Below are positions 42,211-57,130 of a DNA stretch of 64,000 bases, one piece after another. The translations under genes were made by a program, and so were the position numbers. The notes under the pieces were generated by a model. It was not told the DNA's origin. It saw only the letters and a program-made list of their open reading frames with translations, and did not search any database. Source of the DNA: the human T2T-CHM13v2.0 reference genome, Homo sapiens; assembly GCF_009914755.1 (NCBI RefSeq), contig NC_060929.1. One strand, given 5' to 3'. Within the stretch, counting starts at the first letter, position 1. Every line of letters starts with the position of its first letter.

Positions 42211-45200
42211 GAAGAAGTGACCATTCCTATCCTCCTAATGTACCTATTATATGCATTTTCCCATTTCATCCTTACAGCACCCCCTTGAAATAGGTATTAT
42301 CATTCACATCCTACAAAGGAAAAAAAAAAGAAGTTGAAGGTGTAATCACACAGCTACTAAGTCTTAGACCTAGGATTTTTAACCTAGTTTTGCCTCTATA
42401 GTCCATGTTCTTGGTTTATCCTGAGATACTCCGTAATATAATAGAACTTAAGTTATTTTCATGCTGTCTATCTGTAATATAGACAATGCTCATTGGAGAA
42501 AGAATTATATCATTTCCCCACAACCCCTGGAACATAGTAGAAACATAATAAATGTTAGTCAAGTATTTGAATGTTATCAAAAGTATAGAAGATGGGCTGC
42601 ATTTGTGAGGCTGTTGGTAGTGTAGGCATGAGAGCCTTCCCCAAGAATTGCTTCATTTACCTTTTTCCGTGGGCCATTTTTCCGACATTTGTTCTTGACA
42701 AAGTCAAATGAAAGAAAAGACTTTATTTGCACATTTTCAAACAAGTCATATGACATGTTTCCAACTTGGAATTGTCATACGGAATGAGCAGTCCATGTGC
42801 ACGTAAACCAATATCCTTATCATCAATCTTCAGCCAACTGCTGTGGTTAAAGCAATGGTGTAAATACCCACAGACTGGCTCAGGAGGGGCTGTGACTGAG
42901 CCTCTCATTCCAGCCCTTTCTTTCAAAGAACAAAGGAGGGACCTCAAGAGAAATAAGACTCAATGACAGAGATTGCTGAGGGGCTTGGTTTCCCCCGTAG
43001 AGAGAAATGAGCCTTCTGGCAAGGCCAGGTCTCTGCCTCGTTGTGCCTTCCACCTCAGGGTCAGGAAGCTACAGTCGAAAACACATTATCTATGGCTTTG
43101 CATTATTTCTCCGAAAGTTTAGTAAAGTTCTTTTTGAAAAGTTTCTACTCTCTCCCAGTGGACACTAAAGGGAAGGGACTTTATCCACAGCCAGGACAAG
43201 ATAAATCAGCCATACAGCGAATCTAGACACCGGACACAGGAAGCAGTGACTCCTAAGATGGAGCTCTGGAGAAAGCAGAGGGGTAGCAGTTGGGCTGACA
43301 CTGAATTAAGGATGAGCTGAGCAACACTTCTGGTTCTGCCTTTAACTTTCACAAATCATCTTTTGGGTTTGCTTTTGTCAAGGTAACTGATGTTTAACTG
43401 ATAAAGTTACAATAAAGAAGCAGAATATCAAATCCCTTGCTGAGGCAAGGGACGTAAGAAGTAGAAGGAGACATAAGTGTTAGGAGGAATATTAATAATA
43501 GCATGAAATCCAGTTCCTTTTTGTGATTTCTATCAGCTTAGAACTGCTGACAGTAAAGAAAGCAGCGTACCTCTGAAATGACTTTGCAGATCGAGCTTCT
43601 TAATTCATTCTACTACCCCTAATTGCTTTCTCTAACACGGTGATAGGCCCCTACAGGAGTTTTAAATATTTTGTGCTTCAATAGCAAGAAAATGTGCCAT
43701 GTAGTTTATAGACATTAGTGTGGCTACTTTCTTCTTCACTGTATTTTGAAATTTGAACACAACAGAGTTTTCAGAGTAGTATTAGATCCCCAAGCAAGTC
43801 TCTTGTAAGTGAGGTTTTCATTTTCCCCTTCCTGAAGCTTCCTTTCTTTTATTATAAAGGTCAGCATTGAGGCTTTCCCAGTTAACTGATGAAGACATCC
43901 AGCAACATGGAACACCTTGGTTATTTAACCCTTGACCCTCTCCAGCAGAAATTCCTGATTAGCTTCAGCCTGGACAGTCTCATCACACCTCCCTGAACAC
44001 ATGTTGCTTATTTGTTATCTGTACCTTGGTTCAAGTTCTCCCTCCTATTTTGAGTGTTGTGTCCTTTCCCTCCCTTCCTTCTATCCAGCTTACTCCCACA
44101 CTTCAGGGGAAATGACACCTCCTCCATTGTGTCTTACTCACTGGCTCCTACCCACATGTACCTCCTTTTCTGAACTCTTATTCCATGAGTGGCCCTATGT
44201 CTTAGCACTTAATCTCCTATAAACCATGCTAATAAAATGGATGTGGTGCTCCTGGCTAAATGTATCCAGTCAGACTTGGCTGTACTTCCTTCTGGCCAGA
44301 GGAATGAAATGCCTTGTGGTAACAATTCATCTTACAGAATACAGTTTTCTGTTATTTAACTCACAGCAGACTGGGATTCTAGAGGGCAGCAACTCTGGCT
44401 CATTCTTCTCTGTAGCCTCCTTGGTATCCAGCACAGGCTGGATACTCACCTAGAAGCAGTCATTGAATTCATTTGGAATCTAAGAAACCTCGACATAGTC
44501 TAAACAGCTTTAGTGCAATTGAATGAACATGTAGAAAGTAAGTGAAGTCACTGTGATCCACAGCGTGGTCAGGACTTAATTCTGGAATAGGAGGTTTCAC
44601 GGATAGACCACCATGGTGTTCAAACAACATGGGTGTATTGGTGGCAACCATGTCTCAGCTGGGGATGGCAAAGTGGGTAGAGAGAGATGAAGCCTGGTGA
44701 GGGTAGAAATGTGGTTGCTGGCTGCCTACTCACTTGGGTTGTACCTTCACAAGAACTAGTGCTTAGGAAACTCCTGAACAGGGATAATAAGTCTGTTTGT
44801 CTTGGATGCCAACACGAATTGATTTATGTTGACTGCCTGAAGCACTCTGTTGAAAAGAATTGAAAAATACCATATGGGATCAGTGGAACAGAACGCCATA
44901 ATTAACCTGCAATGTGGCATTGGCATGTCTATGTGCTGACCCTGACCTTGATGCTATGAAGTAATAGAAAAATCCAAGACGGGTCTCTGCCCACGGAGAT
45001 TTACAATCCGACTGGGGAAATAATATATTCATCATATAATTAGTGAACAAAATATTAGAGTGCTAAATTGTGGAACAGAGATGATGTTAAAGTGACATGT
45101 AAAATGTAAAATTTATGGCAGAATAATCAAATAAATGCAAGGGGAAGAGTAGATGAATGTGGGCTGAAAAGGTCAGGAAAAATTTGTGTAGGAAAAAGGC

Positions 45201-45974
45201 CTAAGCTGAGCCCTTCTCAGAGGAATGAGGTTGAGGGAGGGATGGGTGAAGGGAGAGAAATAATGATACTCCCATTGAGGAACTGTGTAGGGAGCAATAG
45301 GAAAGAGTGCCAGTAGGAAGGGATATGATTTGACAAGAGACAGGGTGAGAGGACTTAGCTTCTTTTAATAACTGGATGTGAACCCCATTGCCCTGATGTC
45401 CCAGCTTTACCCAAGCAGGAGAGAAGGGTAGGAACAGAGTCCCTTGTCCTTTGCCCTTGCCAAAGGTGCTGTGCTGCCTGTGGTGGCTCCATCCATGAAG
45501 AGGTGGAGCCACAAGGAAGGGCCCAGATCCCCAGAGAGAATGTGTGGTTGCTCTTGTGTATCTGGGTGAGCCCAAGGTAGAACATTTCTCTGAGAGGGGC
45601 CTGGACAGAAAAACCCACTAGAAGTGGGTAGGAGATGATTAAGCAAAAGAGTGTTCCTTCTGCAGCCTGGAAGGAGATGAAGCCCCTTCAGAGAAGGACA
45701 TCAGTAATTGGACACCCAGAGGGCATCATACTCAACATTCAGGGCTTATCATTTGTGTATATATACATAAAATTGTATTTTTATTTTCACAGATTGGACA
45801 CAATGAGGATGCCAATAAGCATATATGATCTATGTTTTCATAGGGAAAGTTTGAGATGTAGAGAGTTTAAATGCTTTATGGATTACAGGGTTTGTTATAG
45901 AAGAGTCCTCAAATACAGGCATGAGTTCATTACACAATAAAATATGCACTGAATCTTGTCTCTCCACTTTTTAT

Positions 45975-46200
45975 CAACAGACAGGAAGTTTCCTTAGTAG
46001 TTAAAAGCCTGTTCTCTGAAGCCAGACTGTCTGGGTTTGAATCCTGTTTCTATCACTGCAAGATATCTAACCACACCATGCCTCAGTTCCTCATCTGTGG
46101 AATGTAGTGTCTACATCACAGGGGTGCTGTAAGGCTTAAAATGGAAAATGCTCAGAAAAGAACTTCACACATTGTAAGTACTAGAGTGTTAGCTATTATT
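45975..46200 (+). mobile_element. MIR
   Basis: tctgaagccagactgtctgggtttgaatcct...gcctcagttcctcatctgt. Confidence 0.75.
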
Positions 46201-46889
46201 TGTGACTGGAGGAAGTAAAGGAAGAAAAGAGAGGGCATGAATATATGTCTTCATATTGCATCTTTGAAACTAACTGTTCCTGTTTTGGAAACTAAGTCAT
46301 TAAATAGTCCAGAAATAGTCTACAACCTGAAGATTCTCTAACTGAACACATTGTGCTATTTATTTCCAAGATAGGTGCAGAGTTCAGGGATAGAAAAGAG
46401 AAAGATCTTTTGATAACATTCACTGGTAAAGTGAGAACTCCCTAATAGCCAGAAAATAAATGGATAAAATGCTACATGTCTCAAAATTTGAAAATGTGGA
46501 TTTTTTTGGTCCCAATTTTTCACTTTCCCATGGATGCTAAAGGCAATAGACCTGCTCCTAGCAAAAACTACCATGAGGAGCTAATTTTATTTTAAATTAA
46601 TTTTCATAACAGTGTATTCTTCAGGAAAGTAGAAACCATATAGTTCATTGCTTAGTTCAATTACCTAATATGACACAAGTCCTGCATAGAAGACAGTCAT
46701 TTGTCCACAAAAAGGGATCTTAAAAATCCATTATAAATTTGACAGAAAAAAAAGAACAAATTTCTTTAAGACTTACATGAGGAAATATTCTAGCTGGGTA
46801 GAATTTCTCTTGTCGAAAACAAAGACAAATTGGAAAGGCTGCCATTTAAGGATAAATCATTAAGAGGCTTTCAAGATGATTACCATATA

Positions 46890-47183
46890 TATATATTTTT
46901 TGAGATGGAGTTTTACTTTTGTCGCCCAGCTGGTGTGTAATGGAGCTTTCTCAGCTCACTGCAGCCTCCACCTCCTGGGTTGAAGCGATTCTCCTGCCTC
47001 AGCTTCCTGAGTAGCTGGAAGTACAGGCGCCTGCCACCACGCCCAGCTAATTTTTGTATTTTTAGTAGAGGTGGTGTTTTACCATGTTGGTCAGGCTGGT
47101 CTTGAACTCCTGACCTCAGGTGATCCACCCGCCTTGGCCTCCCAAAGGGCTGGGATTATAGGCGTGAGCCACCGTGCCCGGCA
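46890..47183 (-). mobile_element. AluS full length
   Basis: tgagatggag...ctcctgacctcaggtgatccacccgcc...gagccaccgtgcccgg. Confidence 0.93.
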
Positions 47184-48254
47184 GCCATATTTCTAAATTG
47201 ATTATCTACCTCTGAACAGATGGATTTATGTTATGTAATATTTTAATATAACCTTTAATTAAATTATCCCTAGCAGGTGATATTTTTAAATAAAGTTAAT
47301 TAGTATTTTAGCAATTCAATCATGTACAACTTGTTTTTACCAATGTTATTTCCTAGTTTTCTTGAGGAGCAACAGGAAAAGGAACCCTAAACAATTGAAA
47401 GGGTAAGCTCAAGGTGTGACGCTGATTTACATTCATGAAAATGAGTTGAAAAATGTGGTACCTTTGGGTCTTGTGCTGGGCTTAGCTGAACCCCAGGACA
47501 CTGACAAACAGAGTTGCTGTCTAGTTGTTTCTAACTATACTCAGCCTTTGCCAAGTTTTGGCCAGGCTAATGGAATCTTGTGGACACACAGGGTACAACA
47601 TGTAGGAATCTCGGGGCCCCTTTTTCTTTTGTGTAGACACTTTCAAAGGTAGCCACAGCACACAGCAGGACTGAGACAGCTTGGAGTCTTGCTTTGTTCC
47701 CAGCAGAGGGACTTTCCTTTGGTAACGCTCCCAGGTCAGAGCTTAACTCTTCACCAACTGGAAAGCTGGTTGTGTTTCTTCTTTTGTTTGCTTTTTTTCT
47801 TCTTCTTTCATTCCCACTCCTTACCCCAAACATATTCCTGAGGAAATTATGATCCTTCAGGTTGTTTTACAAAGTTAACCTCTCAGGAGACTCTGCAAAA
47901 CATGCAAAAGGGATATCATACTTTTTTGCTTAATTTTCACCTTTAGAATTTAAAACCGATGAACTGTAAATCCTTTTAGGGGAAAATTTAAATAACACTT
48001 ATTTTATGTATATTTGGAAGCACAGGGTAATTTTTTAAGGAAGAAGGGGAAAAATTAATGAAGGTGTAAGAGGGAATCACAAAGACAAATTAAAAAGTTT
48101 TTAAGTATACCATAGTTAAGCAGCATGCCTGATTCCACATATGTGGTTTATATGTGCACATTGGGTCAGATGATGTCATTCAATCTCAAAAGCTGCATAA
48201 AATAGAAGCCTGATGTACCCTATTTATCCAATCAGAAAGTACATATCTTTCTCA

Positions 48255-48665
<411 letters not shown>

Positions 48666-51547
48666 TCATGCTGGTTGCTTTGCTGATCAGTTCTTCTTAG
48701 TCAAAATGGTCAAATAAGTGTAAATGTGGCTTTGTGTAATGCATCTTCCTTCCCTGGAAACAGTCATTATAAGAATGCTCAAGATCCTGCCACAGCTATC
48801 TAACCAGGGTTTATGCACAAGGCACAGAGTTTGGCTCTAAAGAGCATGGTGCGTGCATGACTTTGGTGACTCACAGTCGGGGGTAGATCTAATGGATGAA
48901 TGTAAGGATGGGCAATTTAAGCCATTGTGCCAACATGGCATATGGAATGATTCTGAGAGAGTGTGATAGGGCCAACCCAAGGCAGAGCTCTAGCCGAGAG
49001 GGTGTGTTTGTCTTTAGAGCCCCGACTTTCTTGATGCTGTCTTCTGTATCATCTGGCTATCAACTTAACCCTGCATGTAATTAGCCTGTGATAATGGAGT
49101 CAGAAGATAAATGGCTTAAAAGGGTCTTGGCACAGTTTATTTCATCGTAAAGGAGAACACCTGACAGTGGGCAGAATCTTACCCCCTTCATGCGAGGAAG
49201 AAAAATCAACCATTGGCAATCCAAAAATGTCTGATTGTGCACTGCTAGGTGTGTGTTCCTGTGGGAGTTACCTGGGGGTTACAGAAAAGTACAAGGTACA
49301 GCTCTGCCCTCCTGGAACTTACAACTTAGGTGTGGACAAAAACACCACATTGAAGCTGTAACACTTAGTACAGAGCCACATGAGGGAAATGTAAACTAAA
49401 TAGCACAGGCCATAAGTGCCAAAGGAGTGGTGACGAAATGATGGTTTCTCACAGCTGCTTAACGGGATGAGATCAAAATAGGGATCAACTGATTATCATC
49501 GCAGGAGGAAAAAAAAACCGAAACCATAATTCAAACATTTCATGGACACTAGAGAAAAAAATATAAAGAACTATGGGGAGTGTAATAATTGTCTATTTTG
49601 TCAATCTTTCAATAGGATTCTTTTTTTTTTCTTTTAAAATAGAAATGTTTTAACTACCTTGACAGACTAAACTTACATGGGCATTTGAACATGGAGGAAA
49701 AGAAGTAAGAGTGTTTGGGGTTAAAACATCAATATGAAATGTATTACAAAAAGAAGATTCTTTTATGAAAGGCTTCTAAAGTTGTCTTACATTTCTTAAA
49801 TCAATCTGTAGCACATAATCAGTAAAACCGTGTCATTTAAACAGAAGATCATAACTTAGAAACTCACCCTTATGCATCTGTATCCTATTATGGGCTGTAA
49901 CTTAACACATGAGTTTCAGAAGTTGTTAAAATTGAGTTCAGACTAACAAATCTTAACTGTTAAAAACAACAGCAACCACCACCAAAGACCTCTGGTGAGA
50001 TGGGAGAGCAGTCAATGAAGAGGTCCCAGATTTGATCTCACAGGATAGGTGTCTATCATATTTATTTTGATCTGTTAAATCTTACTTTTCTATGAGAAAT
50101 AAATGTACTAGGACAGATAAAGCCATAAAGTGATCAAGAAGCTACCTATTTTTTCCAGTTTGAAAACCTGTCTTCTAGGGTTGAGACTTTTATACATTTA
50201 ACTTTAAACTCTGTCAAATGTATATTTACTGAAAAAAAAAAAGAACCAGCTCTTATGCCATTGATAGCTGTACTAAAATTTATATTTCTTCCTTAGTATA
50301 AATTCAAATAAAAATAATTAGGCCCTATGATAAATAAAGTAAAATTAGCATTTGAATAGGCTTCAGTCAAACAGACATCCATAGTTTAGATGCTAAAATT
50401 AGCAGAGTTCAAATTACTGTAATTAAGATGCACTCATTATTTTAAAATAAGCTAGCAAGCACTATAGGGTTTATTTTTGTTTGGCTTTTTTTTGTGGTTT
50501 TAAACTGTATTTTTTCAGGGGTGGTGGAATGCAATGCAATATGTATAGGGATTTTACTGCACAAGAATCTTCAGCCTTTACATCCTACTCCATTCCTTTC
50601 TGTGAAATGTGAAAACTATAAATTTATTGATTTCACATAACTGTACTAAAAAGCATGGGGTGGATAAAGTACTTGACTCCTGAGGATTCTTGCTCTCTCA
50701 TGCTGCATATAGCTAGATTCATGATTACTAAGATGTTTTTAATAGCCCTGTAGTCTGGTCCAGTTTTTCCAAAGGGCAAAAAACGTACTCTTTGAAGTAA
50801 AGTATTCACCTATCTGATATAAATAAAACCTTTCATGCAGAAAAATGTTCTCCCAAATGGAAGAGTTAATGCACCTCAAATATGTGAGAAATTTGCTTCC
50901 AATTTTTCAACGCTTAGTAAAGGATCCATCTTACTTTTTCATTATAAAATTTGGGAAAAAATCTCAGTGAAATCTTACATGTCACTTCATAAGTCAATGC
51001 TAGAAACCAACTCATTCTCATGGCTACAGTGACAATTAAGATACTTTTTAAACAATCTTTTTGAGAAAGTTTGCCCTGATTTTGGCCTTCAGTCAGTGAA
51101 AGTGGTTTCTCCTCATAGGCATGTTTGACATTTACAAATCTTGCATCTTGTCTGAGTTGGCAAATGGTTTCTTGCTAAGAAAAAGCTGCAGTGTTCCCTA
51201 ACTTAGGTATTCGGATGTGTACCTCTAACCAATGTCAATATAAACTTTTCCGCAACGCAACATAAGGCCATAAACTTCCAGAACTAATTTACTGTTAACT
51301 CCAATGGCTCCCTATTGCCGGCATGTCAGCATGACCCAACCTGCCTCCTCAGTCTGTCTCTGCCTCCCCCAGCACATGGTTCTTGTATTGCCCAGTTTGT
51401 CTTTGGACAAGCTGTTCTATCTCATCAAAAATTATCTGCCCCTCACCACTTTCTTGTCACACTTCTGTTCAAATGTGATTATTTAATGGGCTCCCTCTAT
51501 GCTCCTGGTAGAGTTCCTTTTTCTCCCCTCTGTTTTCCTAACAGATA

Positions 51548-51780
51548 TAAGTCGAGCATCCCAAATCCAAAAACCTAAAATCCAGAATGTTCCAAAATCC
51601 AGAACATTTAATTGCTGACATGAGACTCCAAGGAAATGTTCATTGAAGCATTTCAGATTTCAGATTTTCAGATTTGGGGTGCTAAAGTATATATAATGCA
51701 AATATTCTGAAATCCAAAAATAATCTGAAATCTACAACACTTCTGGTCCCAAGCATTTCAGATAAGGCATACTCAACCTG
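51548..51780. mobile_element. Tigger4a/MER46-type TcMar DNA transposon
   Basis: gagcatcccaaatcc...cacttctggtcccaagcatttcagataagg..tactcaacctg; TA target duplication on both sides. Confidence 0.85.
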
Positions 51781-51835
51781 TACTGCTATTACAACACTAA
51801 TGACATGGTAACTAGCACTTCTGAGAGGCAATGTC

Positions 51836-52050
51836 TCATAGTGTTTCAAGGTAAGGAGTTGGAAGACAGAATTTGATTCCTGGCTCTATCACATACTAGC
51901 TGTGTGACCTTGAGTGACCTTGGGCACGTCATTTTAACCTCTGTGTGCCTCAGTTTCCTCACCTCTAACAACAATTGTACCTACATTACTAGCTTACTGT
52001 GAAGAATAAATGTTTCTAGTACAGTGCCTATCACATGATGAGGACTTGAT
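51836..52050 (+). mobile_element. MIR
   Basis: tcctggctctatc..tactagctgtgtgaccttg...tgcctcagtttcctcacct. Confidence 0.8.
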
Positions 52051-52975
52051 GTCTTAGCCTTACTATTAAATGGTTGAAGAAAGAGCTCAAAGATGGCAGA
52101 TAAATGTATTGTGCTCTTGTAATATGAAGAGTTAACACTCAGATTAGGATCTGAAAGCATAGCTATCTTGAAGTCATGTGGTGATTTCTTTTGAGAAAGT
52201 ACGCAAGGAATTGTCAAACAGTGGCAAATGAATAGTAAGTTAACACACTTCTTCAAAAGAGTGGACAGGGGCTGCTTTTAGGATAGCTCAGCTTTGGTTG
52301 TGATGCATGACACATGAAACGAAATTGGATATTGCACAAAGCCAAGAATGGAAAGCAATATGGAGACAAGCTATACTTTGCAGAGATTCTGCCTGGTAGT
52401 GTGGAGACTTCCAGTGCTACTTGTTTTAAAATAGAGACATTTATGCAGGGGAGAACAGTCCAGTGTCAGCTTAGATGAACAAATTTCAAATTGGGAGTCC
52501 ATCTTATTTAAAACCTCTTTCCATTATTTTTCATATGAAATGTGAAATAGGGAAAAGGAAAAAAGTGTTATGGAATTTATTTCCTTCTAGAAGAGAAAAT
52601 AAAAAAAGAAACAAATCACAACTATTGCCAGATGAACGCCTTGTATAAAATAAAATGACAGGTTTAATGTATTGCAAAATACCATTTGAAGAGCTTCCTC
52701 ATCTGAGAAAGCATTTGAATTTTATTTCTTTAAATGAATGTAACTATTCCCATGTGCATCTGTTTCAGACCAGAAAACTCTCTGGGTGCTTTTTCTAACC
52801 AACTTGAAGAGAAAATTCAGTTACTATTGCTTGTTTTTAAGCAAATCAAAAGCCAACTGAGGGCAATAAATGAATTGCATGATCATTTACACTCCCTGGA
52901 TTATGTATAACCAAAGAGTGAAGAGAGAAAAACTGTGTTTGCATTCATGGAAGATAAATTAAGAAAAAATTTAAA

Positions 52976-53021
52976 AGTGTTTTGTGTGTGCATGTGTGTG
53001 TGTTTGTGTGTTTGTGTGTGT
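52976..53021 (+). repeat. (TG)n-rich microsatellite, imperfect
   Basis: gtgtgtgcatgtgtgtgtgtttgtgtgtttgtgtgtg. Confidence 0.8.
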
Positions 53022-55249
53022 TTATTCTTTTGTTCAACTGGGCTGGGTTTTAAAAATTCTTGGATCAGCTTTCATCTTGTAGGAAAGTAAGGTAGCAATT
53101 TTTCTTAAGGAATTGGCAGTGATGTGCTCAAGTGCTCAGCTCTTTCCTTCTGGCAGAAAGAGCTTGGAGCAGGTTAGAGTGGAGGAGGAGCCAGCAGTGA
53201 CTAGGAGGAGAGGGGACTGCTCAGAACCTGCCATTCAAGGCTGGTGGCAGCTTTTTACAGGCTGCCAATAGGAGTGTGGTGGCAGCAACTTATGGGTATG
53301 CCAAAGAAAATGGGACCATATGCCAAACTCTGGCGTGTGCAGCACCTACAGCTTGCCAGGGCAATGGCATAGGCTCCAGACAGACTTTTAATGTCCTGTC
53401 CCAGAAAGTAAGCAGCCCATTCCCACTTATTCCACGAGATTGGTAAGTGGTTGGATGTTTTAAAGTTAGGAAAACTCCTGGTACAGAAATGTGCCATTTG
53501 GCTTACTGTCATTTAGTCATTTTTCAGATTAGAAAAGAAGGGAGAGAATCGGCAGTTTAATATTCACGTCTATTAAGCCATGCAAGCAGTTGCCGAGTAG
53601 CAGTCCATTCTAGGGTAAACAGGCAATGCTCTCTGGTCAAATATAGGTTCTATGTTAATGAATGAAATATATAAAACAGGACACTTATTTGTTCTCCCAT
53701 ATAAAAGAAGTCCTGCAAAGTCCTGGATGACAGAACTTAATGTATGCTTTATTGTAATCCTTTTTCTAGTCTATCTTCTTTTCTAAACTGTAAACAATCG
53801 CAGCAATTTAGTTCAGCTAAAAAATGAGCTATACAGTTTCACATTTGAACTTATTAAGTTTTCAATGGGCCAGTGAAAAACGTCCCCCCTATTTTTTTTT
53901 AACTGCTTCCCCTATTTAAATGCTCAGCATAAGAACCCTGGTCCTATACAATTTATCCAAAGCTTGGGCAGCCCGAGAGCCCTTTTATCCCTCACTAGTG
54001 AATCAGTTCTATTGTAGGAGAGAGACATTCTTTCCTCCCCTTTTCGCTTAAAAAACATAACAAACCTGAATAGACTCCAGGCTAGAGTAGTGGAGAGAGT
54101 GATTTTTATTAGATCTAACATAGTTATTGGCAAATGCCTAAAGACAATATTTAAAAAGAGAGCTAGAGAAAGAAAAGGCTTTCACTTTATGCCTTAAAGG
54201 ACAGATTGGTTACAATTTAACATCTAAGAGGAAAAATTTATAGAATTAAATGGCCTAACATTCCTCTTTCTTCAACATACATATGAGAAATCTAAGCTAA
54301 GAGGACATCTGGAATGGAACGTTATTCAGCAATCAGAAAGCAAAAATTCAAACCATTGATGTTTTGATGGAGACAAACATAACTAGATTCACAAAGAGGA
54401 AAGCTGCAACCTATTGAAGTTAAAAAAAATTCCATATGCATTTTACCTTTTGGGCAGTTCTATTTCAGAAGCCCTTTGTAATATGAAACCCACTGTAGAT
54501 AAGATACAACATGAAGATAGTCTGTTTTGCAGCAGCAGGAAATCAAATTGGTTCCAGAAACGAAGTTATATGACAAATGGTTTAATAGTATTGCTAGAAT
54601 TGGAAATCTTGATTGAATTATTTTTAAATCATTAAAAAAAAGATTTTGAAATAACTTTGCCATGCTGTATAAATTGGTGATGGTGGTAGGGGGTCCACAC
54701 AGGGAGTGTTGCTGAGGTTAGGAGGCATCTCATTTTATTGGCCTTTTAACTAAAGCATTATAATCTGTTATCAAAATTTAAAAGTTCAGTGGTGATTTAC
54801 TGTTAATTCTGGTTTGCAACAAATATTTTCAGACAAACACGATACTTGAATTAACATAGCTAATATGTGTTGTGGAGTATTAAACAGGTTAACAAATATT
54901 GATATATTCTAGTATCATTTCCAAATTATTTTTAGGTTTAATCTCAACACCAGTCAGCTTTGCTTTACTTAAAAAGCATCAGAAAAAGTTCATTAAGTCT
55001 TAGGCAGGTCTTGGATTGTAGAAGAGACTTCTAAGTAGTTAGCAAGATGTATCACTGACAGAATAACCCAGTGCCTAATGCCTGTAGGTGAAATGAAATC
55101 GTTCTTCTGGCTGAAGTCAGGAACAAGTTAAAATATCACTTAGAACACAGCATACGACTGCAGAGATTTAGGAGAAATCTTACTTAAATAGGATGTGACT
55201 TGACGTTTAGGACTATTTTCTAAAAAGTCAAAAAACTTTTCCCCCTTCA

Positions 55250-55378
<129 letters not shown>

Positions 55379-55379
55379 T

Positions 55380-55660
55380 CATGCCTGAATTCTTGCAGTC
55401 CTGGGCTGAATTTCTGCAGCTCATTGATGCACTGGATTACCAAGGAATCCCTTTTAACATCTGCCAATCAGACATTTCCCAGAATCTAAAGACCCCTCAG
55501 GGGGCCCTCTTCCCAGGCTCACTTATCTTTGTTGTATGCTGAGCTAATTAGCTCGAAAGGCTGGCTGACAGGCGGGTTCCCATTGCTTTCTTCTGTTAAA
55601 CACACCCACCTACAGGCTAGCTGGGGAAGCTCGCTAAATTATGAAAACAGCTTTCCTCTC
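55380..55660 (-). promoter_or_regulatory. LIX1 proximal promoter region (non-CpG-island)
   Basis: Immediately upstream of the ATG; CCAAT box GCCAATCAG 55463-55471, palindrome GAGCTAATTAGCTC 55541-55554, TGACAG 55566-55571. Confidence 0.65.
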
Positions 55661-55903
55661 CAACCAGATTTTGTCTGAATGCTGTGCAGCTTTCTGACTT
55701 GAGTATTTCTTCTGGCCCTCCATCTTCAATTGTGTTGCCCCCAGGAATATGGAATCAGGAAGGTTATTTCTCCAGGAAATTTCCTGAATGACAAGACAGC
55801 TTCCAGCTCAGGACTGCCAGCTATATGTTAACAGTATAATCCCTATAAATCTAAATTTTCAGTGTAATTCTTCTTTGGTAAAGGAGTGCTATAAAGATTA
55901 TGG

Positions 55904-56200
55904 GGCTGGGTGCAGTTTATCATGCCTGTAATTCCAGCACTTTGGGAGGCTGAGGCGGGCAGATCGCTTGAGCCCAAGAGTTCCAGACCAGCCTGGGCAA
56001 CATGGCGAAACCCTAACTCTACAAAAAATACAAAAATTAGCTGGGTGTGGTGGTGCATGCCTGTGATCCCAGCTACTTGGAGGGCTAAGGCAGGAGGATG
56101 GTTTGAGCCTGGAAAGTCGAGGCTGCAGTGAGCCCAGATTGTGCCACTGCACTCCAGCCTTGGTGACAAAGTAAGACCCTGTCTCAATTTTTTAAAAAAA
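55904..56200 (+). mobile_element. AluJ-like
   Basis: gcttgagcccaagagtt...gaggctgcagtgagc...gaccctgtctc. Confidence 0.9.
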
Positions 56201-56247
56201 TCTTTCAATAACTACCTTAAGAAACATATATGTATTTTCTCGTCCTG

Positions 56248-56562
56248 TTTCTTTGTTTTATTTTTCTTTTTAATAGGGTCTCATACTGTCCTCCAGGCTG
56301 GAGTGCAGTGGCGTGATCATAACTCACCGCAGCCTTGACTCAAGTGAGGGGCTTGAGCCCTGGACTCAAGCAATCTTCCCATCTCAGCACCCCAAGTAGT
56401 TGGGAGGCACACGCCACCACGCCTGGCTAATTTTTAAATTTTCTGTAGAGATGGGGTCTCACTGTGTTGCCCAGGCTGGTCTCAAACTCCTGGGCTCAAG
56501 CAATCATCCTGTCTGGGCCCCCAAAGTGCTGCGATTACAGGCGTGAGCCACTGCACCCTGCC
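56248..56562 (-). mobile_element. AluJ-like, tail-to-tail with the preceding Alu
   Basis: ccaggctggagtgcagtgg...ctcctgggctcaagc...gtgagccactgcacc. Confidence 0.9.
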
Positions 56563-56830
56563 CTGAAATTTTTAATAATTATTAAGTGAAAGGAAGTGAA
56601 TTACATCAGAATTAATTAAAGTCAACCTTGGGAATGATTCACTTTGAAGGGTAAATAGGGAAACAAATGTTCCCAGGCAAGCTGTAAGACAGTCTGTCAG
56701 GTTTTACTTGCCCCTGCCCAATAGAAGTGACTAAAATTTGGGAGGGTTGTGGGGGGTAACAAGCCTTGGCTTCCAGAAGAGTGGCTCCTGAATTCAAATG
56801 CAAGGCTTAATTTAGTCCCTAGCTGTATCC

Positions 56831-57130
56831 TTTTTTTTTTTTTTTTTTGAGACAGAGTCTCACTTTGTCATGCAGGCTGGAGTGCAATGGCATGATCCGG
56901 GCTCACTGCAGCCTTGACTTCTCAGTCTCAAACGGTCCTCCCACCTTAGGCTTTCTAGTAGCTGGGACCACAGGCCCACGCCACCGCACCTGGCTAATTT
57001 GTGTATTTTTAGTAGAGAGGGGGTTTCACCATGTTGCCCAGGGTGGTCTCAAACTCCTGGCCTCAAGTGATCCACCCATCTCGGCCTACCAAAGTGCTAG
57101 AATTACAGGCATGAGCCACCATGCCTGGCC
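56831..57130 (-). mobile_element. AluJ/S full length
   Basis: T18 followed by gagacagagtctc...gagccaccatgcctggcc. Confidence 0.92.
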
